Origin: a bacterium
Lineage (GTDB): Bacteria > UBA8248
Assembly (NCBI GenBank): GCA_965204535.1
Contig: CBDBEV010000001.1
Span: 832,001-896,000 of the forward strand
Length of the DNA stretch: 64,000 bases
Direction of reading: 5' to 3'
The stretch's first letter is position 1, and each line of letters begins with the position of its first letter. This document shows, piece by piece, positions 19,713 to 28,689 of this stretch. Made by a program: the position numbers and the translations under genes. Under the pieces are notes generated by a model that saw only the letters and a list, made by a program, of their open reading frames with translations, was not told the origin of the DNA and ran no database searches.

Positions 19713-20621
19713 ATGGAAAAAAGAACACTCGGTCGCACGGGTCTCGAAGTCACGGTCATCGGCTTCGGCGCCATGACCATCGGCGGCGTGTTCGGCCCGG
19801 TGGATGACGCAGAGTCCAACCGCGCCCTGCACGCGGCCATCGATTCGGGCATGAACTTCATCGACACCTCGGACGCCTACGGCGCGGGCCACAGCGAGAC
19901 CGTCATCGGCAAGTTCCTGAACGAGCGGGCCGACCGCGCCGACATCCTCATCTTCACCAAGGGCGGGAACGACATGTCGACCGGCCGGCGCAATTTCAAT
20001 CCCGATTACATCGCGGGCTGCCTGGAGGGGAGCCTGAAGCGCCTCGGGATGGACGTTATCGACTACTACCAGCTCCACAACCCGAACGTCGACAACATGG
20101 CGGCCGAGGACAGCTACGCGCTGCTCGAGAAGGCCAAGGACGACGGGAAGATCAGACACTGGGGCGTTTCGATAAACACGGTGGAGGAGTGCAACCTCGC
20201 CGCGGAGCAGGACAAGCCCGCCACCATGCAGATGGAGTACAACGTCATCAGCCAGGAGGCGGCGCCCGCCTTCGCCCGCGCGCGCGCGGCGGACGTCGGC
20301 GTGATTTCCCGCGTGCCGCTCAAGCGGGGCTTTCTCTCGGGCCGCATCGACGAGGCGTTCGAGTTCGCCGAAGGCGACCGCAGAAAGGGCATCCTCTCGC
20401 CCGAGAACATCCGCAAGTTCCAGGCCCAGCTCGCCCGCACCCGCGAGGTGGCGGAGAATCTCGGGGTTTCGGCGGCCCAGGCGGCCATCCGCTTCTGCGT
20501 CTCGAACGAGAACGTGAGCTGCGTGATTCCGGGCATCCGGACGCCCGAGCAGTCCCGGCAGAACGCCGCCTGCGGCGAACCCCTGCCCGCCGAGGCCGTG
20601 CGGAGGCTGCAGGAGGTCTAG
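19713..20621 (+). CDS. Aldo/keto reductase
   Basis: RTLGRTGLEV, FIDTSDAYGAGHSE, SLKRLGMDVIDYYQLH, VIPG; the upstream extension in the ORF track is repeat-derived. Confidence 0.92.
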   Translation: MEKRTLGRTGLEVTVIGFGAMTIGGVFGPVDDAESNRALHAAIDSGMNFIDTSDAYGAGHSETVIGKFLNERADRADILIFTKGGNDMSTGRRNFNPDYIAGCLEGSLKRLGMDVIDYYQLHNPNVDNMAAEDSYALLEKAKDDGKIRHWGVSINTVEECNLAAEQDKPATMQMEYNVISQEAAPAFARARAADVGVISRVPLKRGFLSGRIDEAFEFAEGDRRKGILSPENIRKFQAQLARTREVAENLGVSAAQAAIRFCVSNENVSCVIPGIRTPEQSRQNAACGEPLPAEAVRRLQEV

Positions 20622-20629
20622 AAGGCGCG

Positions 20630-21035
20630 GGGGGTCAAACGCGAGTGAGGCGCGAGGAATTGTAGGGACAGGTCGCGACCTGTCCGGGGACCTTGAAAAC
20701 CAACCCCCCCTACCCCCCCTTGACAGGGGGGTATAAAAAGGCGATGCGCCCTCGCCGGGCTGAGGGGGTTTTGCTTTTTCTTGCCCCCCTGTTAAGGGGG
20801 GGTAGGGGGGGTTGCCTTTATCCCTTGAGGAGTGGGTGGAAGAAAAACCCCGATGGGAGTGAATTTCTTCTGCTGAGTCGCGGTTGAGCTTTGCCTTTGT
20901 TCGTCATTCCGGCGTATGCCGGAATCCAGGGACTTTGCTTTTGCATTTGTCTTTTCGCTTTATCGTTTTTCTTGGTTGTCCTGCGATTCGGTGTTCCCGT
21001 CTGCTCTGGATTCCGGCTTTCGCCGGAATGACGGC
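20630..21035. repeat. Palindromic repeat mosaic 2
   Basis: GTAG palindrome at 20662; CCCCCCTACCCCCC-type element 20695-20824; CGTC doublet 20902-21033. Confidence 0.9.
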
Positions 21036-21112
21036 AGTGGTCAATGGCGAGCGAGGAGGGGGTTTTCATCAGCCCATAAGGTGCGATTTCATCGTTCAAA
21101 AAGGAGACGAAA

Positions 21113-21514
21113 ATGCCGGTAACGAATTGGGACGAACTGCCTGTGAAGGTGCCGTTCCCGGGGGTGGAAGTGGGCCTCGTGAGCGGGAAGCACTGCATGA
21201 TCAGCTACATCCACGCGAAAGGCGGGAATTCCACCCGCAGGCACCACCACGAGGCGGAGCAGATTTTCTGCCTCATCAGCGGCTCCGCCCGGGTGCAGGC
21301 GGGGGACGACCCGGTGGCGGTGCTGAAGCCGGGCGACGTCTGGTACGTGCCGCCGCACACCGAGCACCAGGCGGACTACCTCGAAGACACGGTGGCCTTC
21401 GAGGCCGCCGGCCCCATCCGCCTGGACAATTTCGCGGGCTACCTGCACGAGGACACGCATTTCGTCGACCAGCGGGACCTCGCGGCGGACATGGAGCGGG
21501 AGCAGGCCGGGTAG
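21113..21514 (+). CDS. Cupin domain protein
   Basis: HHHEAEQ and PGDVWYVPPHTEH cupin motifs; AAGGAG RBS. Confidence 0.88.
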   Translation: MPVTNWDELPVKVPFPGVEVGLVSGKHCMISYIHAKGGNSTRRHHHEAEQIFCLISGSARVQAGDDPVAVLKPGDVWYVPPHTEHQADYLEDTVAFEAAGPIRLDNFAGYLHEDTHFVDQRDLAADMEREQAG

Positions 21515-21521
21515 GGGAGAT

Positions 21522-22046
21522 CGTAGGGACAGGTCGCGACCTGTCCCTACAATTGACCCCGGAATGATGACTAAAGGCGAACCATGGACGGCAAAGGGGG
21601 TCAGGGCGGCCACGGGGGGCCGCCCCTACGGGTTCGTTGCGATTGTGTAGGGACAGGCCCCCGTGCCTGTCCGAGGTTGCGACCTGTCCTTGCGTATTTC
21701 CTCATCGCCCGAGATAAACCACCGTCATTCCGGCGAAAGCCGGAATCCAGAGCGGACGGGTATGGAAGAAAAGCTGGAATGAGGCGCTCCGGTGCAAGTG
21801 ACCAGATTCTATGAACTCTGGTTCTCTCATCGGTTCTGGATTCCGGCATTCGCCGGAATGACGAACAAAGCCGAATCGCATCTGTAGCGGACAGGCCCCC
21901 GCGCCTGTCCGAGGCCCCCGTGCCTGTCCTGACGAAGGACAACCACGGGAATGGATGTCTTCTATGCGGGCGGCCACGGGGTCAGACATATATGTCTGAC
22001 CCCTACTGGAAAACCAACCCCCCCCTACCCCCCTGACAAGGGGGGC
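21522..22046. repeat. Palindromic repeat mosaic 3
   Basis: Perfect GTAGGGACAGGTCGCGACCTGTCCCTAC palindrome 21523-21550; CGTC doublet 21723-21863; GTCAGACATATATGTCTGAC; partial CCCCCCTACCCCCC element. Confidence 0.9.
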
Positions 22047-22373
22047 TGTCCTTTCAAGAAAAAAAGGCCGACACCCCGCGAAGGGCCGGCGGAAGGCGGG
22101 AGTTGCTGCGACACAATCCCTGAGGTCCGGGGCCCGGCCGCGTCGGGGGCGCCGGCCTGCATGAAGCGCGAAGTGGGGGCCGCCCGTTGTTCCCCCTCCC
22201 GGTTCGAGGACTCAAACTCATAACCGGGAGCGGTACAGTTTGCTCCATCACGAGGGAAGCAACCAACGGGCAACCCCCTGTTTCTTTCCAGTCAGGGAAG
22301 CGTCTCGTATGCGACACACAATCCACGAGGTATTTGACGTGAGAAGTGAACGAGACGCCTCCCTTGGAGGAAC

Positions 22374-24041
22374 CTACTGTTTACGTGCGCCAAATGCGCC
22401 GACCATTCTACCGCTCGTGCTATACGTCGAATGGAATGTCCCGGTTGCAACTTTCGGAACGGTGTCAGTGCCATTGTCTTTGAGTGCTCCAGACCATTCT
22501 CCGGCAGCGGCAGCGGCTGTACCGCCAATAGTCCAGACTGTCTCGTTTCCGGCAGCGTCGGCTGTACCGTCACTACTGATTGGCCCCGTATCTCCGATGG
22601 TGGACTTTTTCAATTCTACAGACCAATCACGCGACATGCCGTCGGCACCCATGAATTGATCGATAGTGCCCGTGATCATGTCGGTATTGAAATCCGCTTC
22701 AAGCGTCGCCCTCGCGGTGAAGTGTCCAGCGTCGTTCGTTCCGCCAGTAGCACTGTAGAGCGCATACTTGCCCGCAGCGCCGCCCATGTATGTTGCTTTC
22801 CCTGCCAAAGCCGCAATGCCGCTAGCGGCTAGAACATCACCTTTGTCGTCCGCAAAAGCACTCACAACATAGTCTCCATTAGCGGGCTTATGTATCCACC
22901 AGCCGTAGGAAGCGTATTCCGTGTCTCTTGATTCCGTGACTCTGGCATTTGGGTTCGTAGGTTTGAACGTCCAAGTTCCGCCAGTAAGAGTGAAGCTGGA
23001 TGCGCCAGCGACCGTAGATGTGCACGTTTCCCCCGTGGTGGGTGCGCAATAGTAAGTGCCTGATACTCCATGAAACCTACCGGGTATTTCAACCCTAGCT
23101 TGCCGAAGTGGGTTTGGCTCGGGCAATTCAAACTTTTTGGTACCAGCAGTTTGAGTGAATCTGGTGCTAGCGACTCTTCCGGGTACGCCAGTAGCAGTTG
23201 TGTCGATACTAAGTTCGCCCTCTGTTAACTGATATTGAAAAGCACCATCAGCAGTTACAGCAGCGGCAGAGCCGAACTTTTTCCCTTCTGTCGGATCGTC
23301 TACGTTCGAGTAAACCACCGCCTCATACATCCCGCCACCAGTAGGTGAAGCTTTATACTTCTTACCTGCCCAACCGTGATTATCAGGAACTCTTGTATTC
23401 TTGTCTTCCGACAATTCAACAGCATCGGCGGCACCAATCGTTACGTTGATCGCATCGCCATCGTCATTGTAGGCACCTGTTCGGGCACTGGTTGCAGTGC
23501 CAAATGGCGTTGTCCCAATACCCGTATGAAGTTTCATGGCCGTCGCCATCATGGCCTTGTCGGCAGCCGTTTTCGCAGCATCCATCGCGGCCATGCGATT
23601 TTCTTTAGCGGTGGTAAGCTGAGATTCGAGGCCGGTAACCGTTAAAGTGTTCGCGGCTTTCTCTTCTGCCGGGACGTTTTCCGCCGCTGCAATCGCCGCC
23701 TTCGCCGCCATAATCGCCGCATCAGCAGCGCTCACCTGAGCCGGAGTGGATTCGTTGTCCACGGCACCTACCGCAGACTGAGCAGCCGTTATCTTCATCT
23801 TGATGTTGTCACGCTCCATAGCCAATTTCTCGGCTGCCAAATCTGCGGCTGAAGTGCATGACATGTCGTCGTTCCATCGGCCACCGCCAGCCTCACATGA
23901 CTGTTGTGTCACCATCGTATCATCTGTTGTAGCCGTGGAAGAGCCGCCCCCACCACCGCCGCAACCCACCAGCGTCAGCGCGAATACCGCCGCCAGCGCG
24001 AAAGCGTAAAGCTTGTTTATCGGTTTCTCTCTGAACATCAT
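22374..24041 (-). CDS. Surface lipoprotein with Ala-rich stalk and C-terminal TbpB/fHbp-like beta-barrel
   Basis: Lipobox LVGC plus poly-Gly linker; Ala-rich helical region; C-terminal ATLEADF...VGAFGARKQ; visibly lower GC than neighbours; AGGAGG RBS. Confidence 0.75.
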   Translation of the reverse strand: MMFREKPINKLYAFALAAVFALTLVGCGGGGGGSSTATTDDTMVTQQSCEAGGGRWNDDMSCTSAADLAAEKLAMERDNIKMKITAAQSAVGAVDNESTPAQVSAADAAIMAAKAAIAAAENVPAEEKAANTLTVTGLESQLTTAKENRMAAMDAAKTAADKAMMATAMKLHTGIGTTPFGTATSARTGAYNDDGDAINVTIGAADAVELSEDKNTRVPDNHGWAGKKYKASPTGGGMYEAVVYSNVDDPTEGKKFGSAAAVTADGAFQYQLTEGELSIDTTATGVPGRVASTRFTQTAGTKKFELPEPNPLRQARVEIPGRFHGVSGTYYCAPTTGETCTSTVAGASSFTLTGGTWTFKPTNPNARVTESRDTEYASYGWWIHKPANGDYVVSAFADDKGDVLAASGIAALAGKATYMGGAAGKYALYSATGGTNDAGHFTARATLEADFNTDMITGTIDQFMGADGMSRDWSVELKKSTIGDTGPISSDGTADAAGNETVWTIGGTAAAAAGEWSGALKDNGTDTVPKVATGTFHSTYSTSGRMVGAFGARKQ

Positions 24042-24308
24042 TTAGTGAGTCCTCCTGAATCAATAGAAAAAGGGATTTTCAGTGAATTTCCGGCTTTCTC
24101 CGATTAACCTCCTTTCGTCAGCTTTTTTTTCGGGCCTTCACAAACCGGTGATTCGTATTTTGGGCCGCCAGAAATACGGCGGATTTGAACCCTTTCATGC
24201 TCCGGGCCGATGGTTCCCCGAGAGGCGGATTCCTGCGGTATATGCCACCGTTCCCGGCCTCCAAAGGCGAGTATCTTTCGCCCACCCCGAACCCGGGCTG
24301 GTGACCGC

Positions 24309-24324
24309 TAATTATCGTTATCAG
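24309..24324 (-). promoter_or_regulatory. Fur-box-like site upstream of the lipoprotein gene
   Basis: Reverse complement CTGATAACGATAATTA is identical to 24484-24499. Confidence 0.55.
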
Positions 24325-24453
24325 CCTCCAGAAGCCCCGTTTTCCGCCGAAAAACCCGTTTCGGGGCGCATTCAGGCCGCAAATAGGCGAAAGATGAGCG
24401 AAAAAAGACGCAAAACGGCGCCCGAAACCCCTCCGGGGACCCCGGAATTGCGC

Positions 24454-24502
24454 TTGACATGGCCGTGAGAGGTGTTATATTTTCTGATAACGATAATTAT
24501 CG
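24454..24502 (+). promoter_or_regulatory. Sigma70-like promoter with adjacent Fur-box-like site
   Basis: TTGACA (24454) - 16 nt - TATATT (24476), then TGATAACGATAATTATCG (24485-24502). Confidence 0.55.
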
Positions 24503-24539
24503 GACTCTAGGAAAGCCGTTTCGGTCGAAATCGACCACC

Positions 24540-25240
24540 GACGTCATCCCTGCGCGGTTATATATGTCCGACATATGCGGATGACGGCCCTTTATGTATC
24601 GCCGAACCCCGGAATGACGATGGAAAGCCGCACCTGCGGGGGCTGTTGAAAAAGTCCCGATGAACGAGGGTTGCAGGTTTTGTAGGGACAGGTCGCGACC
24701 TGTCCCTACGGATACCTCGCCCCAAAATCAACCCCCCCTACCCCCCCTTGTCAGGGGGGTAAAGGTGATGCTCCCCGGCGAGGGGGGTAACAACCCCTTG
24801 CGGGAAGTTGCCGACAGAGTAGAGAAGAAATTCACTCCCCCCTTTGAGGGGGAGTCAACGAGACAAGGGCGAAGCCCGCAGGCGAGTTGGTGGGGGGACA
24901 TGCCACAGAGTAAACCTCCCCCCACCGATTCAGCCTTCGCACAAAACGCTCGGCTTCATCGACTCCCCCTCAAGGGGGGAGTGAATCCTCTCTGCTGAAT
25001 TGCAAACAAGTCTGAAAGGGGGGTAGGGGGGGGTTGCCTTTATCCCATGTCAAGGGCGGCCACGGGGGGCCGCCCCTACGGGTCGTCTTGATACGCGGGG
25101 GCGTAGGGACAGGCCCCTGTGCCTGTCCGAGGCCCCTGTGCCTGTCCGAGGTCGCGACCTGTCCCTACAGCGATTACGCGCCGCAGTTGCAGGGGTCAGA
25201 CATATATGTCTGACGGCGTGTTCGCCCGAAACCCCTACGG
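24540..25240. repeat. Palindromic repeat mosaic 4
   Basis: GTAG palindromes at ~24682, 25055-25170 and 25193; ACTCCCCC(C)TT(T)GAGGGGGAGT doublet 24832-24985 nested in a CCCCCCTACCCCCC element. Confidence 0.9.
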
Positions 25241-26488
25241 GTTCGGCGCGGTGGCCGCCTCCGCCTCAGCCGGATGGATCTCGGCGAAGGAATAATTGCT
25301 GGTCCGGCCATCCGCTTCGAAATCGATGATCTCGGTTTCCCGGATGACCTTCTCGATCATCTCCCGGACGGGCAGGCGCGATTCCAGCCCGCGCAGGTGG
25401 CCCGCGTGCGAGCGGATGGCGGGGTGTTTCGGCACGAACAGCGAGCAGCAGTCCTGGTCGGGCTCGATGGAAATCTCGAACGTGCCGAGCGCTTTCGCCC
25501 CCTCGATGATCTCGTCCTTGTCCATGCCGATCAGGGGCCTCAGGATCGGGGTCTGGGCCGCGTCCTCGATGGCGGCGAGGTTCTGGAGCGTCTGGCTCGC
25601 CACCTGTCCCAGGCTCTCGCCGGTGACCAGGGCGCGGGCGCTCTCGAACCCGGCTATCCGCTCCCCGATGCGCGCCATGAACCGGCGGTAGAGCACGACG
25701 CGGTACTCGGGCCGCGTGGCGAGGACGATCTCCTTTTGCAGGTTGCCGAACGGCACCATGTAGAGCCTGCTCCCCAGCTGGTAGCCGTTCAGCACGCCGG
25801 CGAGGTCTTTCGCCTTATCGGCGGACGCGCGGCTCAAGTAGGGCGCGCCGTGAAAATGGATGAACACCACCTCGCAGCCGCGCTTCATGACCCGCCAGGC
25901 GGCCAGGGGGGAGTCGATGCCGCCCGAGAGGAGCGCGGCCACCCTTCCGAGCGAGCCTGTGGGCAGGCCGCCGGGGCCGGGTATTTTCTCGGCGTACACC
26001 CAGGCTTCCCTCGGGATGGCCTCGACGTGCACCGTGAGGCCGGGGCGATCCAGGTCGACCGGCAGGTGCCTTCTGGCCTGGATCGCGGCGCCGATGGCCC
26101 TGTCCCACTCCCTCGTGCTGACGGGCGTGGCCGGGAAGGATTTGCGGGTGCGCACGCGAAAACTTTCGGTTTTGAGAGGGGCGATCATTTCGAGCGCGAC
26201 TTTCGCCGCCGCCTCGATATCGAGCGGAACGCTTTGCGCCCGGGCGAAGTAGGCCACCCCGAATACTTTCCTGAGGGCCTCCACCAGAGCGTCGGGGTCT
26301 TCCAGGCCGCCCGTTTCCAGAACGAGCCTTCCCGTGCGTTTCCTGACCCTGGCTTCGCAGAATAAAGAGGCCGCGCGCTCGATCCTTTTGGAAAGACGCT
26401 CGATGAAGAGCGGGCGGTTTTTCCCCTTGAGCCCGATCTCATCGTAATGGACCAGGACCGAGAGGTCTTTCGGCTCGCAGGGATTCAC
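25235..26488 (-). CDS. thiI: tRNA 4-thiouridine synthase ThiI (no rhodanese domain)
   Basis: HYDEIGLKGKNR, THUMP region, GGLPTGS, LLSGGIDSP, TGESLGQVASQT, DCC. Confidence 0.93.
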   Translation of the reverse strand: MNPCEPKDLSVLVHYDEIGLKGKNRPLFIERLSKRIERAASLFCEARVRKRTGRLVLETGGLEDPDALVEALRKVFGVAYFARAQSVPLDIEAAAKVALEMIAPLKTESFRVRTRKSFPATPVSTREWDRAIGAAIQARRHLPVDLDRPGLTVHVEAIPREAWVYAEKIPGPGGLPTGSLGRVAALLSGGIDSPLAAWRVMKRGCEVVFIHFHGAPYLSRASADKAKDLAGVLNGYQLGSRLYMVPFGNLQKEIVLATRPEYRVVLYRRFMARIGERIAGFESARALVTGESLGQVASQTLQNLAAIEDAAQTPILRPLIGMDKDEIIEGAKALGTFEISIEPDQDCCSLFVPKHPAIRSHAGHLRGLESRLPVREMIEKVIRETEIIDFEADGRTSNYSFAEIHPAEAEAATAPNP

Positions 26489-26862
26489 GATGCTCTCTCC
26501 AGGCGCACTTCCTCCCCCGAGCGGACGCCCAGGAAATCTTTCGGGTCGCCCGCCACCCTGCCCAGCGGGTTCACGGGGCTGGCCGCGCGGGGCGCATCGT
26601 CCACGCTCGCTGGCGTGCGGCCGAAAAAGACGCAGAACGCGCTGCCGGGCGGCCAGTAGGCGATCTCGCCGACTTTCATCTCCTCGCGCGCGGAGGCTTC
26701 GAGCGGTGCGTCTACGGGAACCTGGAAATAGATTTCCTCGCCCCAGACGTTCGCGGAGCCGGTGATCGGCAATGCCTCCCAGAAGGCGTCCGCGGTTTCG
26801 CTCTCCGTCAGTTCGGCTTCCATGCCTACGCTGCCGGCGGTGATCCGGATTTTTCTTTGCAA
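26485..26862 (-). CDS. Cyclophilin-like fold protein (TM1367/DUF369-like)
   Basis: WGEEIYF, GEIAYWPPGSAFCVFFGRTP. Confidence 0.85.
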   Translation of the reverse strand: MQRKIRITAGSVGMEAELTESETADAFWEALPITGSANVWGEEIYFQVPVDAPLEASAREEMKVGEIAYWPPGSAFCVFFGRTPASVDDAPRAASPVNPLGRVAGDPKDFLGVRSGEEVRLERAS

Positions 26863-26951
26863 GACAGTAACTCTCCCGTTAGTTGGACAAACGCCTCGTT
26901 TCTGGCAACATAGCCGAGCTTCGCCTTGAGGAAAAGGGGCGTTTCATCGCC

Positions 26952-26980
26952 TTGACACCCGTGGGCCTCCTCAATAGATT
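26952..26980 (+). promoter_or_regulatory. Sigma70-like promoter of the ispB operon
   Basis: TTGACA - 17 nt - TAGATT. Confidence 0.55.
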
Positions 26981-27069
26981 GAATTGCTTTTGATATCCTG
27001 TATCGGGGAAAATGGTCGTGGAAATCAAAGCCCCGGTTCGGGAGACGTTTTTTGTCGTTCGGAGGCGAA

Positions 27070-28047
27070 ATGAAATTTTCTGAGATTGCCGATTCAATCG
27101 CTTCCGAGATGAAGGAAGTGGAAGAAGCGATTCACGCGAATTTTCATTCGGACGTCGTCCTGATACCCGATGTGAGCGATTACCTCATCGGCTCCGGCGG
27201 CAAGAGAATCCGCCCGATGCTCCTGGTGCTCGTCGCCAAGGCGTGCGGCTACGAGGGGCGCCGCGCCACGACGATGGGCTGCGTGGTGGAGTACATCCAC
27301 ACGGCCACGCTCTTGCACGACGACGTGGTGGACGACGCGCAGATGAGGCGGGGCAACCCGTCCGCCAACGCGAAATGGAACAACGAGACGAGCGTGCTGG
27401 TGGGCGATTTCCTCTTCGCCAAGAGTTTCTCGCTCATGTCCGCGGACGCCGATCTGCGGATCATCGAGACCATGAGCGAGGCCTGCACCCTGCTCTCGGA
27501 AGGAGAGGTCCTCCAACTGGTCAACATGTACAACCTGAAGCTCACCGAAGAGGAATACCTCGACGTCATCTACCGCAAGACGGCGGCCCTCATCGCCGCG
27601 AGTTGCCGCGTCGGCGCCCTCATCCCCGACAGCCCGCCCACGATAGCGAACGCGCTCCATCAGTTCGGCGTCCAGATCGGCTACGCCTTTCAACTCGTCG
27701 ATGACGCCCTCGACTACATGGGCGACGCGCAGATAACGGGAAAATCCGTGGGCGAGGACCTGCGCGAGGGGAACGTGACGCTGCCCTTGCTCCAGGTCTG
27801 CGCCCGCGCCACGGAGGCGGAATTCGAGCGGTTGAACCACCTGGTGGTTCACGCGGATGACATCCGGGCGGAAGACCTGGACGACGTTCTCGAGTTGATG
27901 AACAAGTACGGCGCGGTGGACTACACCCTCGACAGGGCGCGGGGATACGTGGAGGCGGGGAAGGCGGCCCTCTCCATTCTGCCGGATTCCTTCCATGTCG
28001 ACGTGCTGCGCGACGTCGCCGACTACATTGTCGATCGGGACAATTAG
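27070..28047 (+). CDS. ispB: Long-chain polyprenyl diphosphate synthase
   Basis: GGKRIRP, HTATLLHDDVVD, RRG, FQLVDDALD; GGAGG RBS. Confidence 0.9.
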   Translation: MKFSEIADSIASEMKEVEEAIHANFHSDVVLIPDVSDYLIGSGGKRIRPMLLVLVAKACGYEGRRATTMGCVVEYIHTATLLHDDVVDDAQMRRGNPSANAKWNNETSVLVGDFLFAKSFSLMSADADLRIIETMSEACTLLSEGEVLQLVNMYNLKLTEEEYLDVIYRKTAALIAASCRVGALIPDSPPTIANALHQFGVQIGYAFQLVDDALDYMGDAQITGKSVGEDLREGNVTLPLLQVCARATEAEFERLNHLVVHADDIRAEDLDDVLELMNKYGAVDYTLDRARGYVEAGKAALSILPDSFHVDVLRDVADYIVDRDN

Positions 28048-28672
28048 CCCTCCGCAGGCCCTGCTCTTGCGACAGCTTCAGCATTTCATTCTGGCTTCGG
28101 GTTCCCCGCGCAGAAAACGGCTCCTGGAAGATGCGGGCCTTGTTTTCGGCGTCGTCATGGCGCCCGCCGACGTGGAAGAGGAGGTCGCGCCGGGGCTTGC
28201 GGCCGAAGAGGAGGCCATGCGCCGCGCACAGGCGAAGGCGGGTTTCGCGGCGGAGATGAATCCGGGCGCGTTCGTTCTCGGAGCCGATACGGTGGTCGTC
28301 CTGAATGGCGAAATCCTCGGGAAGCCTTCGGGCGCGGGCGACGCCGCGCGCATGCTGGGGCTGCTTTCGGGGCGGACGCACGAGGTGATCACCGCGTTCA
28401 CGCTCCTGGGGCCGGAATCCCGCCGAGAGGAGGCGGTATCGACGAAGGTGTCCTTCAGGGAGATTGACGAAGAGGCCATCGCGCGCTACGCCGAGAGCGG
28501 CGAGCCGATGGACAAGGCGGGCGCGTACGCGATTCAGGGGATGGGCGGGAGCCTCGTCGACAGGGTGGAGGGAAGCTACACCAACGTCGTGGGCCTGCCC
28601 GTCCCGGAAGTGTTGAATATGCTCATGAGGTGCGGCGTCGTGACGGACGCGCCTCTTCACTCGGCGATTTGA
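28028..28672 (+). CDS. maf: Maf family nucleotide pyrophosphatase (start uncertain)
   Basis: ILASGSPRR, GADTVV, LGKP, DKAGAYAIQG, NVVGLP. Confidence 0.9.
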   Translation: MSIGTISPPQALLLRQLQHFILASGSPRRKRLLEDAGLVFGVVMAPADVEEEVAPGLAAEEEAMRRAQAKAGFAAEMNPGAFVLGADTVVVLNGEILGKPSGAGDAARMLGLLSGRTHEVITAFTLLGPESRREEAVSTKVSFREIDEEAIARYAESGEPMDKAGAYAIQGMGGSLVDRVEGSYTNVVGLPVPEVLNMLMRCGVVTDAPLHSAI

Positions 28673-28689
28673 AGAAACGGGGATGAATT

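Noticed and set aside
20630-20650. GGTCAAACRCGAG motif (also ~36859 and ~43012) as a c-di-GMP riboswitch
   Set aside because: Lacks the GAAA tetraloop and downstream GCAAAG elements; occurs as part of the repeat mosaics
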